A DNA stretch of 64,000 nt from Gaiellaceae bacterium (lineage in GTDB: Bacteria; Actinomycetota; Thermoleophilia; Gaiellales; Gaiellaceae), in contig DASWRL010000047.1 in the NCBI GenBank assembly GCA_036403195.1, positions 1,462-65,461 of the forward strand. Direction: 5' to 3'. The notes beneath the pieces were generated by a model that did no database searches, was not told the DNA's origin, and was given only the letters and a program-made list of their open reading frames with translations. A program made the translations under genes and the position numbers. Below are positions 10,108-18,400 of the stretch, piece after piece (the stretch's first letter is position 1; the number at the start of each line of letters is the position of its first letter).

Positions 10108-10890
10108 ATGATCGACTGGACGCAGTTCGATGCGACGCTCGCGGCAGCGTTCTGTGAGCGCCGGGTCAAGGTCGGCGACGGGATCGTGCTCACCGGGGCT
10201 GAGCGGCGACCGCTGCTCGGGCACGAGCTCCTCGGCGCAAGCTCCGACACCCCGGAGGAGCGAGAGGAGATCGCTACCTACGAGTGGTGGCCGGCGAGCA
10301 TCCTCGAGCTGCTCGAGCAGCGCTACCGGCCCGAGCAGTGGTTCGGCTTCTATTGGGACTCGATCGGCCCCATGTCCTGGTCGTCGAGCTTGTGGCTGCT
10401 CCACCGCGACGGCGGCAGCAGCATCGTCGCGCTGCTGCACGAGGAGCAGCCGTTCTACTTGCTCGGGCTCGTCGACCCCGACGACGACCCGCTGCTCCTC
10501 TCGCCGCTGTTCAGCGAGATCGTGAAGGAGAACGGGCGCGGCTTCGGCGTCGACCTGTTCGGCAGCCTGCCGATCGAGACGACCAACTGGCGCCCCGACC
10601 TCGTCCCCCAGGCCGTCGTCAAGCAGAGCTACTGGGACTGGATGGAATGGGCTGAGGAGGTCGAAGGGTCGGCGTGGGTCAACCTCGAGGAGACGCTCGC
10701 GATCTACGAGCTCGAGCCGAACCCGATGAAGCGCGCCTTCGCCGCCTTCACCGGCCTCCCCGACCTGAACAGCGAGCCGGCAATCCAGACGTGGCTTGGC
10801 GACCGCGATGCCGAGAGCGCCGGCTTCCCCGACCACAGCAAACAGTCGATCCTCGACTGGTACTTCCAGCGCCGCTACACGACGGAGTAA
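10108..10890 (+). CDS. Hypothetical acidic Trp-rich protein (260 aa)
   Basis: ATG is preceded by AAGGAGG. Reading-frame bias is consistent. The stop is TAA, unusual here. I recognised no family. Confidence 0.6.
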   Translation: MIDWTQFDATLAAAFCERRVKVGDGIVLTGAERRPLLGHELLGASSDTPEEREEIATYEWWPASILELLEQRYRPEQWFGFYWDSIGPMSWSSSLWLLHRDGGSSIVALLHEEQPFYLLGLVDPDDDPLLLSPLFSEIVKENGRGFGVDLFGSLPIETTNWRPDLVPQAVVKQSYWDWMEWAEEVEGSAWVNLEETLAIYELEPNPMKRAFAAFTGLPDLNSEPAIQTWLGDRDAESAGFPDHSKQSILDWYFQRRYTTE

Positions 10891-10993
10891 ACGGCACCAC
10901 CCGTGTACGACGGGATGGTCAACCCCGACTTAGCGTGCGCCGCGACCCGCCGATCCACGGGGCCCCGGCCACGTCGCGTCGCGGGTCTGCGGC

Positions 10994-13900
10994 TCAGGGG
11001 CCGCGGGCAAGGGCCGGATCGGTGTCGATGACGCGATCGGCGCGCAGCCCGCCGGTTGGCACATGTGGGAGGAATGGAGCTCGTCTGGCGACACGGAACA
11101 CGGTGAAGATCGCATGTGTCGGGTCGCCGTTCGCGTCGAACGAGACGCCGCCGACGGGGGATCCGGCTAGGCGCCCGTGCGTGAGTTGGGCGACGATGTC
11201 CGAGCGGCTGCCGTCGGAGGATGCGATCGATCGGATCAGCGCTTCCGCCGCCGCCGCCGCCGTCGGCACGAACGTCGAGACGTCGGCGAGTGGCCGGTTC
11301 GGGAAGAGCCGTCCGACGAACGTGCGCCCGACGGTGGGTAGAAGCGGCGCTGCTGCTCCCGCGATCGTGATGTACATGCCGATCGCGGCTGCGGGAGCAC
11401 CGGGGCCGCCCATGTCACAGCTGCACGTGAAGTTGTCCGAGGCGAGAAACGGAACGGAGGGGCCGAGCACCTTCCGCAAGCCGACGAGCAATCCGCCGCC
11501 GTTCGTGCAAATGCAACCGGTGATCACGACCGCGTCGGCCCGCGCGCGCCGGATGCGCGTGGCGAGCCCACGGTACGGCCCGCTCTGCCCCCACTGCCCG
11601 ACGCCGCTGACTCCAACGCCGAGCGCGTGCGCGGCGTTGACGACAAACGTAGACATGGCAGCGCTCGTCGCATCTCCGTCACCGAGGACGAAGATGCGCC
11701 GCCGCCGGAGTTCCCGCGCGAGCTCGGCCAGAGCGGCCCCCTGCCCGTCGTCGGGAGACGAGACTCGGACGTAATTACGAACGCCCGTGGGGTAGTACCG
11801 CTCCGGCTCGTCCGCGGCCGTCTGCGGTCCTTGGTGCGTCAACCCCACATACGTGTTCGACGGGCTGACAACAGCTACGGGTCCGGTCGGCGCGGTGTCG
11901 AGGATCGGCAGCTCGATGCCGGTGCACATCGACTGGTGCGCACCGATCACCCCGACGACGCTCGGGTTTTCTGCGTATGCCCGAGCGTTCGCAGCGCAGA
12001 GAGGCGGATCGGGGCTGGCGCCGGGCGCGGAGTCAGTGCATGCCTCGTAGCCGATCCGGTAAGGCCCGGCGCGAAACCCATGCTCCGACACCACGAGTCG
12101 GATCGCCGCGACCATGTCGGCGACGTCGGGGTTCGCTTTCCCCCCATTGTCGAACTTCGGCAGGTCGGACACGATCACCATGTCCGGCGACCCGCCGCCA
12201 GCTTCCATCGGCCCACACCCGGCCTGCCGGAGAGGTCTCGCCGGCGCCGACGGGGGAGTGCTCTCGACCGCCGCCCCGCCCCCGACGGATACCCAGACCC
12301 GCGAGGCGGAAGCGGCGATGCCCGTCACGACGCGCCCGACCGGGATCGTGGCTACGACGCGGTTCGATGAAGGATCGATGTGCGAGACAGAACCATCCCC
12401 GGCGTTCAACGTCCACACACCGCCGGCGCCGAAGGTGATCCCCGTGGGGCGGGGCCCGACCGGGATCGTCGCCGAAACCGCCTGGGTGCGAGGATCGATC
12501 CTCGTCACGCGGTCGTCGAGCGCATCGGCGACCCAGACGCTCCCGCCGCCGTAGGCGACGGCCGCCGGGGCGGCGGCGCGGCGGCCGTCGACCGCAGCGA
12601 CCCGGATCACCGCCACGACACGACCGGCCTCCGGGTCGAAGCGAAGCACGCTGTCGTCGACGCCACTCGCGATCCAAATCGAGCCACCGCCCGCGGCGAT
12701 GCCGTCGATCGAGTGCCCACGAGGCAACTCGAAGACCCGAACACCGCGGCGCGTAACCGAGACCAAACGGCCGTGGACGGTGTTCGTCCACGGAACGCCG
12801 CGGGTGTCGAGCGAGACGGCATCCGGCGTCGACGGCGCGAAGAGGTCGGAGACGTCACCGGTGCGAACAGCAACCTCCTTTACGCCGAAGCGAGTGCCGA
12901 CTCGAGTAAGCCGTCCCGCGCCCGCGCCAAACGGCTCGGTGACCCAGACCCCCGTCGGTCCAGCGGCGAGCTCCGTCGGAGTCGATCGGAGCCGCACCGT
13001 GCGAAGAACCCGGAGCGAGTGCGGATCGACCGCCACGAGCTGGTCGCGCCCCGCGTTTGCCACCCAGACCACGTCGTCCGCCGCCGCGACGGCGGTGGCG
13101 CTGGACCCGAGCCCGACGCGGCCGACGAGGCGATCTCGAGCAGGATCGATCACGCCGAGAGAGTTGGGGGCTATCGACGTCAGGGTCGCGGCTGAGCCGC
13201 CGCGCATCGCGATCACGACCGCCCCTGCCACGGCGCCCGCCACGACGAGCGCCGCTCCACCCAGCACGAGCGCCGCCCCGCGGCGGCGGCGTGTGAGCTC
13301 GTGCAAGCGATGACCGCCACCGAGCGCCTGGTCGTGATTCAGGATCCGCCGTTCGAGCTCCTGCAGCTCAGCGCTCGGCTGCAAGGCCAGCTCCTCGTCC
13401 AATGTGCGGCGGGCCTCTCGGTAGACGTCGAGCGCCTCGGCCTGACGCCCCGACCGGTAGAGACCGAGCATAAGTTGCTGGCGGGGACGCTCCCAGAGCG
13501 GCTGAGCCTCGACGAGCCGTCGTGTCGCCGCGACCGCCTCGTCCTCACGGCCGAGCGCGAGCAGCGCATCGACGCGATCGGCAGAGACCGCCGCGCGGAG
13601 CTCGTCGAGCCGGCGGATCTCCGGCTGGGCGAACGCCTCGTAGCGCACGTCTGCGAGGGCCTCGCCGCGCCAGAGGGCGATGGCTTCGGCGAACGTACGC
13701 TCTGCAGCGCGAGCGTCGCCGCGTTCGAGGAGCTCACTGCCTCGCCTCGCGAGACGCTCGAAGCGAACGACGTCGAGATCGTCCCCGTCGATGCGGAGGA
13801 GATAGCCGCGACCGACAGTCTCGATGTGATCTGCACCAAGCGACCTACGGAGGCGAGAGATGTAGACCTGAACCGTCTTCGTTGCGTTCTCGGGCGGTGC

Positions 13901-14056
13901 GTCCCCCCAGATCCCCTCGACGATCTGGTCGGGCGAGACGGGCTCGTTCGCCCGCAGCGCAAGCAGGATGAGCAGCGCGCTCTCCCGACCGCGCCCGACC
14001 TCCAGGGACCGACCAGAGTCGACCACCTCGAGCGGCCCGAGCAGCCGGAGCTCCAC
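10994..14056 (-). CDS. Membrane-spanning SARP/AfsR-type (OmpR wHTH + BTAD) regulator fused to a beta-propeller region and a type-1 periplasmic binding (LivK-like) domain
   Basis: The N-terminus MELRLLGPLEV...TVQVYISRLRRSLG plus BTAD (WRGEALADV...QLMLGLYRSGRQAEALDVY). A single TM follows (GAALVLGGAALVVAGAVAGAVVIAM). Then come repeated xVWVxxxxDxxVxxIDP propeller-like units and a C-terminal PBP1-like domain. Confidence 0.85.
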   Translation of the reverse strand: MELRLLGPLEVVDSGRSLEVGRGRESALLILLALRANEPVSPDQIVEGIWGDAPPENATKTVQVYISRLRRSLGADHIETVGRGYLLRIDGDDLDVVRFERLARRGSELLERGDARAAERTFAEAIALWRGEALADVRYEAFAQPEIRRLDELRAAVSADRVDALLALGREDEAVAATRRLVEAQPLWERPRQQLMLGLYRSGRQAEALDVYREARRTLDEELALQPSAELQELERRILNHDQALGGGHRLHELTRRRRGAALVLGGAALVVAGAVAGAVVIAMRGGSAATLTSIAPNSLGVIDPARDRLVGRVGLGSSATAVAAADDVVWVANAGRDQLVAVDPHSLRVLRTVRLRSTPTELAAGPTGVWVTEPFGAGAGRLTRVGTRFGVKEVAVRTGDVSDLFAPSTPDAVSLDTRGVPWTNTVHGRLVSVTRRGVRVFELPRGHSIDGIAAGGGSIWIASGVDDSVLRFDPEAGRVVAVIRVAAVDGRRAAAPAAVAYGGGSVWVADALDDRVTRIDPRTQAVSATIPVGPRPTGITFGAGGVWTLNAGDGSVSHIDPSSNRVVATIPVGRVVTGIAASASRVWVSVGGGAAVESTPPSAPARPLRQAGCGPMEAGGGSPDMVIVSDLPKFDNGGKANPDVADMVAAIRLVVSEHGFRAGPYRIGYEACTDSAPGASPDPPLCAANARAYAENPSVVGVIGAHQSMCTGIELPILDTAPTGPVAVVSPSNTYVGLTHQGPQTAADEPERYYPTGVRNYVRVSSPDDGQGAALAELARELRRRRIFVLGDGDATSAAMSTFVVNAAHALGVGVSGVGQWGQSGPYRGLATRIRRARADAVVITGCICTNGGGLLVGLRKVLGPSVPFLASDNFTCSCDMGGPGAPAAAIGMYITIAGAAAPLLPTVGRTFVGRLFPNRPLADVSTFVPTAAAAAEALIRSIASSDGSRSDIVAQLTHGRLAGSPVGGVSFDANGDPTHAIFTVFRVARRAPFLPHVPTGGLRADRVIDTDPALARGP

Positions 14057-14200
14057 GCGCCGACGCTACCGCGGTCCGAACCGTGCAGCAAGCGCCCCTG
14101 ATACCGGGCTGAAACCAAGTGCAGCCAAACCGAAGGCGGGACTCCTCACCCTTCTCGCAAGCCGCCGATCCCGCGGCGAACAATCCGAAGGAGGGAGACC

Positions 14201-14659
14201 ATGAACAGTCGGAAAAACGCAGTAGCCCTCGCCACCACGGCGGCACTTCTGACAGCGGCGACGCCGGCCTTCGCGGGCGGGGAGCCGAAGAACGAGTGGC
14301 CCTTCACACGGCCCGTCATCACACGCACGCCAACAGATGCGGGCATCAACACGAGCAAGGCAGACATTGCACCGCGCGGGGAAGCAAAGAACGAGTGGCC
14401 GTTCACCCGTCGGGTGACGACCCGGGAGGCCGCTACGGCCCCGCGCGGCGCTGCTGGTCAGACGGCGCCGCGCGGCGAGGCGAAGAACGAACCGCCCTTC
14501 ACGGTGCCCGTCGTCACCGTCGTCTCCTCCGGAGGCAGCAGCTTCGACTGGATCGACGCGGCGATCGGCGCCGCGGTGGGCATAGGGCTCGCCGTCAGCG
14601 CCACCGGCGGTCTGGTGTTGCTGCGCACCCAGCACAAGAACGTGGCGACGACCAGCTGA
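14201..14659 (+). CDS. Small secreted, C-terminally anchored repeat protein (152 aa)
   Basis: GGAGGGAG RBS and signal peptide ...AATPAFAGG. Three copies of GE(P/A)KNE(W/P)PFT, APRG repeats, and a C-terminal TM (AAIGAAVGIGLAVSATGGLVLL) with a short basic tail. Confidence 0.7.
   Translation: MNSRKNAVALATTAALLTAATPAFAGGEPKNEWPFTRPVITRTPTDAGINTSKADIAPRGEAKNEWPFTRRVTTREAATAPRGAAGQTAPRGEAKNEPPFTVPVVTVVSSGGSSFDWIDAAIGAAVGIGLAVSATGGLVLLRTQHKNVATTS
14283..14503 (+). repeat. Intragenic triple repeat encoding the GExKNExPFT motif
   Basis: The gagccgaagaacgagtggcccttcac motif recurs at about 14283, 14381 and 14474. Confidence 0.7.
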
Positions 14660-14670
14660 GCCACGAGGGC

Positions 14671-14704
14671 CGTGGAGGCCGCGTCTGGGGGCGCGGCCTC
14701 CACG
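14671..14704 (+). terminator. Hairpin (13-bp perfect stem, 8-nt loop) downstream of the repeat-protein gene
   Basis: cgtggaggccgcg / tctggggg / cgcggcctccacg. No clear U-tract. Confidence 0.5.
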
Positions 14705-15030
14705 CGCATGAGTCGAGGCGGGACATGACGCCCGAGGAGCGCGCCTCCCTATGGGAGGAGCTCGTCAATGTCGAGGTCGACGGCCTCACCGCAGCCTGAC
14801 AGGCGTGTGGCACGGGGGCGCGAGCCCTGTGTCCATCCGCCGGGCACGTCGCCCCCCAACGCTGACGGCTTGACGATCCGTGCACCGCGGGTCCTCACGT
14901 GCGGGCAACGTCGCCGAGGTGAGGCTAGACGCCGGCGAGCGCCGCGAGATCGGCCACCGGTATCGAGTGCCCACGACGTCGTCCTCTAGCGGCGTATGCC
15001 GCCACCCCACGGTGGCGGACATGGAACCGT

Positions 15031-16020
15031 CTATGCGTGGACGGATTCCCAGTCGGCTTGGTGCGCCTCGATGTTCTTGCTCGAGAGAAAGTGACGGTCG
15101 GAGCCGTCCGGGTTCATGGTGGCGAGGCCGGTTCTGGGAACACCGTTGAGGACGCGGTTGTCGAGGAAGAGGATCCTCGTCCCGTCGGGCGACCAAGCAG
15201 GATCGGCCGATCCGGCCTCTCCGGCCGGGTTCCGCGTGAGGTTCACCGCGGATCCACCAGTCGCATCGACGGCGTAGATGTCTCCATACGCGCTTGGGCT
15301 CGGGTAGCCGTCAAAGACGATCCGCTTTCCGTCCGGCGACCAATCCGAGTCATCTGCATGGAAGGAGAAGGGCGTCAACCGATGGAGATGGCTGCCGTCA
15401 GCATGCATCGTGAAGAGAGCCGCCGGCCCAAATTCGGCAGTGCCGCGCTCCCGAATGAAGACGACCTGCGTTCCGTCCGGCGAGAAGCGAGGCTTGTAGT
15501 CGCTCATCGGGGGCCGAGGATGGGTGAGCGTTCTCAGCCCTCGACCGTTCGGGCGGATGACATAGATCGCACTGAACCCCTTCGGGTTCCCGCGGTCGGC
15601 GTCGAAGGCGATGAGGGATCCCTTCGGTGACCAGGCAGCGTCACCGCTTATGCCCTTCGAGTCGGTCAGCTTCTTCACACCGGTTCCGTTCGTCTTCATG
15701 ACGAAGACGTCGTTGACCTGATGGGAGTCACTGGGCGTGGGGTCGGTCCGGTTGCTGTCAAATGCGAACTGCTTGCCGCTCGGTGCCCACACTGCCCACC
15801 CGCTGTCGTAGCGACCGCGGCTGAGCTTCTTCGCGCTCGAAAGGTCCCCGTTCGCGACCCAGATCTGCCAATGGCCCTGGCTGTCCTTGACCGCGTATGC
15901 AATCCGGCCGTTCAGGCCGGGGGAGGTCGCACCCGAGAGCGCGGGCAGAAGCAAGGCCACGAGAGCGACGGCGACCCTGGCTGTCAGGCGACGCGTGCTC
16001 AGGCGACGCGTGCTCAACAT
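15031..16020 (-). CDS. Secreted TolB-like PD40 beta-propeller protein
   Basis: Signal peptide MLSTRRLSTRRLTARVAVALVALLLPALSG. Repeated WSPDG/FSPDG/WSPKG PD40 motifs. ATG at 16020 overlaps the upstream gene's stop by 7 nt. The track ORF to 16521 is over-extended. Confidence 0.85.
   Translation of the reverse strand: MLSTRRLSTRRLTARVAVALVALLLPALSGATSPGLNGRIAYAVKDSQGHWQIWVANGDLSSAKKLSRGRYDSGWAVWAPSGKQFAFDSNRTDPTPSDSHQVNDVFVMKTNGTGVKKLTDSKGISGDAAWSPKGSLIAFDADRGNPKGFSAIYVIRPNGRGLRTLTHPRPPMSDYKPRFSPDGTQVVFIRERGTAEFGPAALFTMHADGSHLHRLTPFSFHADDSDWSPDGKRIVFDGYPSPSAYGDIYAVDATGGSAVNLTRNPAGEAGSADPAWSPDGTRILFLDNRVLNGVPRTGLATMNPDGSDRHFLSSKNIEAHQADWESVHA
15984..16013. repeat. Perfect 15-nt tandem duplication (tcaggcgacgcgtgc x2) in the signal-peptide n-region
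   Basis: Direct inspection. It encodes STRRL-STRRL. Confidence 0.9.
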
Positions 16021-17117
16021 GCTTGGCAGGAAGTTGGGGAAGGCACGGGCTTCGCAACCGGACCGGCGGGATACCAGGCCGGACGTCCGATCGAGCCGAC
16101 GTCGTCGCGTATGGGGACGTGATGCCGGTCCCGGCCGTTGCCAGCGACCACGTAGAGACCACTGCCTGCGACCGTCACCGCAATCTCGCGTCCGTCTGGG
16201 GACCAGACGGGCGTTCCCGCAGGCCCGATCCCGCGCAGGGGCGTCACGTCCTGACCGGTCGGGGTGACGAGGCGGACGCCGTCTCTCGCCTCGTAGGCGA
16301 TCTTGCTCCCGTCGGGCGACCAGTCCGGTACGGAGCCGTGGGTGACCACGCGCCGAAGGCCTGAGCCGTCCAGACGGACGATGTAGATGCCGCCGTCCGA
16401 GGCTGCAAAGACGATTCGCGTCCCGTCGGGTGACCAGCTTGGCGCTGCCGCACGCAAGTTGCCTGTGGGAAGTCGTCGCCGCTGAGATCCGTCCGGCGCG
16501 GCCAGCCAGACCCACGACCACCCCCCGAACGCCGTGCAGTCGAATGCAAGCACCTTGCTATCCGGGGACCACGCGACGGCAGCCGGGTCTAGGCAACGGG
16601 GGCGCGCGTGAGCGGCGTCGTATTCCGCAACCACGCGGACGTCACGGTTTGTCTGCAGGTCGAGCACGTGCAAGCCGAGGTAGGGGTCCGTCCGCGCGCC
16701 GTTGAACGCGTCGACCGTGAAGGCCACGTGCCGCCCGTCGGGAGCCCAATCCATCCCTTCGGGTTCGCCACAGCCCGTGGTGGACGGACAGCGCCAGAGC
16801 ACGACGCTGCGCCCGTTCGGCATGACCTGAATGATCTGCACGGGCCAGCGGAGGTTGTGTCCCCCGACTGCAACGGTGAGCGCGCCCGGACGAGGTCGGT
16901 GTTGGAGTATGAGATACGTGGCCGCTGCGACCGCGACGAGGACCACGAACAACGCTCCAGCGAGCAACACCAACTTCCTCGCAGGACGAGCACGCCGCCG
17001 CCGCCGCGGCGGGTCGATACGCCGAAGGACGTCATCCCAATCACCGGCGGCCTCCTCCGGCGGGACCAGCCGATCCAGTTCCACGACGAGATCGGGCAAC
17101 AGGTCGAACGTGCTCAT
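16014..17117 (-). CDS. Putative anti-sigma factor: cytoplasmic N-terminus, single TM, extracytoplasmic PD40/TolB-like propeller
   Basis: Its start overlaps the ECF sigma stop (ATGA). TM is LVLLAGALFVVLVAVAAATYLIL. WSPDG/WAPDG repeats follow. Confidence 0.75.
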   Translation of the reverse strand: MSTFDLLPDLVVELDRLVPPEEAAGDWDDVLRRIDPPRRRRRARPARKLVLLAGALFVVLVAVAAATYLILQHRPRPGALTVAVGGHNLRWPVQIIQVMPNGRSVVLWRCPSTTGCGEPEGMDWAPDGRHVAFTVDAFNGARTDPYLGLHVLDLQTNRDVRVVAEYDAAHARPRCLDPAAVAWSPDSKVLAFDCTAFGGWSWVWLAAPDGSQRRRLPTGNLRAAAPSWSPDGTRIVFAASDGGIYIVRLDGSGLRRVVTHGSVPDWSPDGSKIAYEARDGVRLVTPTGQDVTPLRGIGPAGTPVWSPDGREIAVTVAGSGLYVVAGNGRDRHHVPIRDDVGSIGRPAWYPAGPVAKPVPSPTSCQAC

Positions 17118-17584
17118 CCCGAAACCTCCGTCAGCGATGAGCGGAGCGATGCGTGCGCCGCGTGCAACGTCGCCGACACCGTCCCTACCCTGATGTCCAG
17201 CGCCTCTGCGATCTCGCGGTAGTCGAGATCGGCGAAATAGCGCAGGAACACGACCAGCCGCTGGCGCTCCGGCAGCTCAGCCACGCGCGTCAGCAGCTCC
17301 GAACCCTCTCCAGGCGATTTCTCGACCAATCCGCGCAACTCGAACGAGCGCCGACGCGACCGCGCCTTACGCGCCCTGTTGATGACACAACGCCACACCC
17401 AAGCGCCAAGAGGACCACGCCCAGACCACTGCTCCGCACTCCTGAGCGCGTCCGCGAACCCGTCCTGCACCGCATCGTGCGCCGACTCGCGATCACCCGT
17501 GATCGCCAGCGACACACGGAGGAACCCTGAATACCCGGTGCGATACACGGCCTCGATCTCGCGCCACTGGTCCGGCTTTGACAT
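17114..17584 (-). CDS. ECF-family RNA polymerase sigma factor
   Basis: Region 2 (AHDAVQDGFADAL...WVWRCVINRARK) and region 4 (LPERQRLVVFLRYFADLDYREIAEALDIRVGTVSATLHAA). Confidence 0.9.
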   Translation of the reverse strand: MSKPDQWREIEAVYRTGYSGFLRVSLAITGDRESAHDAVQDGFADALRSAEQWSGRGPLGAWVWRCVINRARKARSRRRSFELRGLVEKSPGEGSELLTRVAELPERQRLVVFLRYFADLDYREIAEALDIRVGTVSATLHAAHASLRSSLTEVSG

Positions 17585-17967
17585 CTCAACCGAGATGATC
17601 TCGCGACGACACCGATTTGTTTACTCGCCCACCGTTGATTTCGACGCCAAGGCCGCGCTCGCAGGCACGGCCCGGCCACCTCACTTTGACCCGTCGAGGG
17701 CGGGCACCGAACCGGCATTCGCGTTCCGCCGGCGTCACCTCCGACCCTGGACCAGCAACTCCTCCGCCCACGTGGCCAGCCTTGATCATCCGGTCATCGC
17801 GCTTCTGCCCACTCCCAAGGCCACCGCTCGGCACGGGCGCCCGGGGCACCCCCGCGACGTCATCGTCCGCCGGTTGGATGCGGGCGCCGATCAGACGCAC
17901 GCGCGACATTCGCCGCCCTCCTCGACCTCGTCGCGCAAAACGCCCCTGACGCCATCCCCGAACTGAC

Positions 17968-18255
17968 AACGCGCTCGCAGGCATCGCGCTCCCAGCCGAG
18001 CCTGTCGAGATTTACCGCGCCGCTCGTCTGCGCGGCGCCGTCGACAACCTTCGCAGCACAAACAACGTGACCGACTTCCCCGCGACCACCAGCCTCGAGC
18101 AAGACTTCGAACAGCGCCTGATCGAAGTCCTACCTGAAGACGGCGCATGGGCACGCGAACAAGCAGCAGGCGCGACCCTCACTGTCGAGGCAACCATTGA
18201 GCTCGCCCACTCCCTCGCAGCAACGTCATCAGAGACGACCACAACCCCCGTGTGA
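17968..18255 (+). pseudogene. Remnant of the C-terminal tail of a TPR-type (LuxR/SARP-associated) regulator
   Basis: Open frame with no plausible full-length start: ...AARLRGAVDNLRSTNNVTDFPATTSLEQDFEQRLIEVLPEDGAWAREQAAGATLTVEATIELAHSLA. It resembles the usual ARLLGAAxALRExxG...LGExAFxxAWxxGxxLxxEEAxxLA tail. It sits in an approximately 800-bp gene-poor stretch. Confidence 0.35.
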
Positions 18256-18400
18256 ATCAGCCGCGCAGCACGCAGGGGCGAACAACCTTCAGGCGCAGCC
18301 GAGGGCGGAACTCGAACCGCCATGAGCGGGCGCTCTTCTCGATCCGCGGCCCGCTCTCTCGTGCGAGGACGCTCGCCCACCCCAAGCGTATGCTGCGCCG

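Noticed and set aside
14119-14799. 226-aa plus-strand ORF overlapping the repeat-protein gene, and a 24-aa tail ORF at 14726-14799
   Set aside because: It is Arg/Gly-rich and off-frame relative to the signal-peptide-bearing frame at 14201-14659. The short tail ORF has no RBS and no recognisable features.
17585-17680. Search for a canonical ECF autoregulatory promoter (GGAAC-N16/17-CGT) upstream of the sigma gene
   Set aside because: There are AAC and CGTC elements, but at the wrong spacing (about 10 or 25 nt). I cannot support a promoter call.
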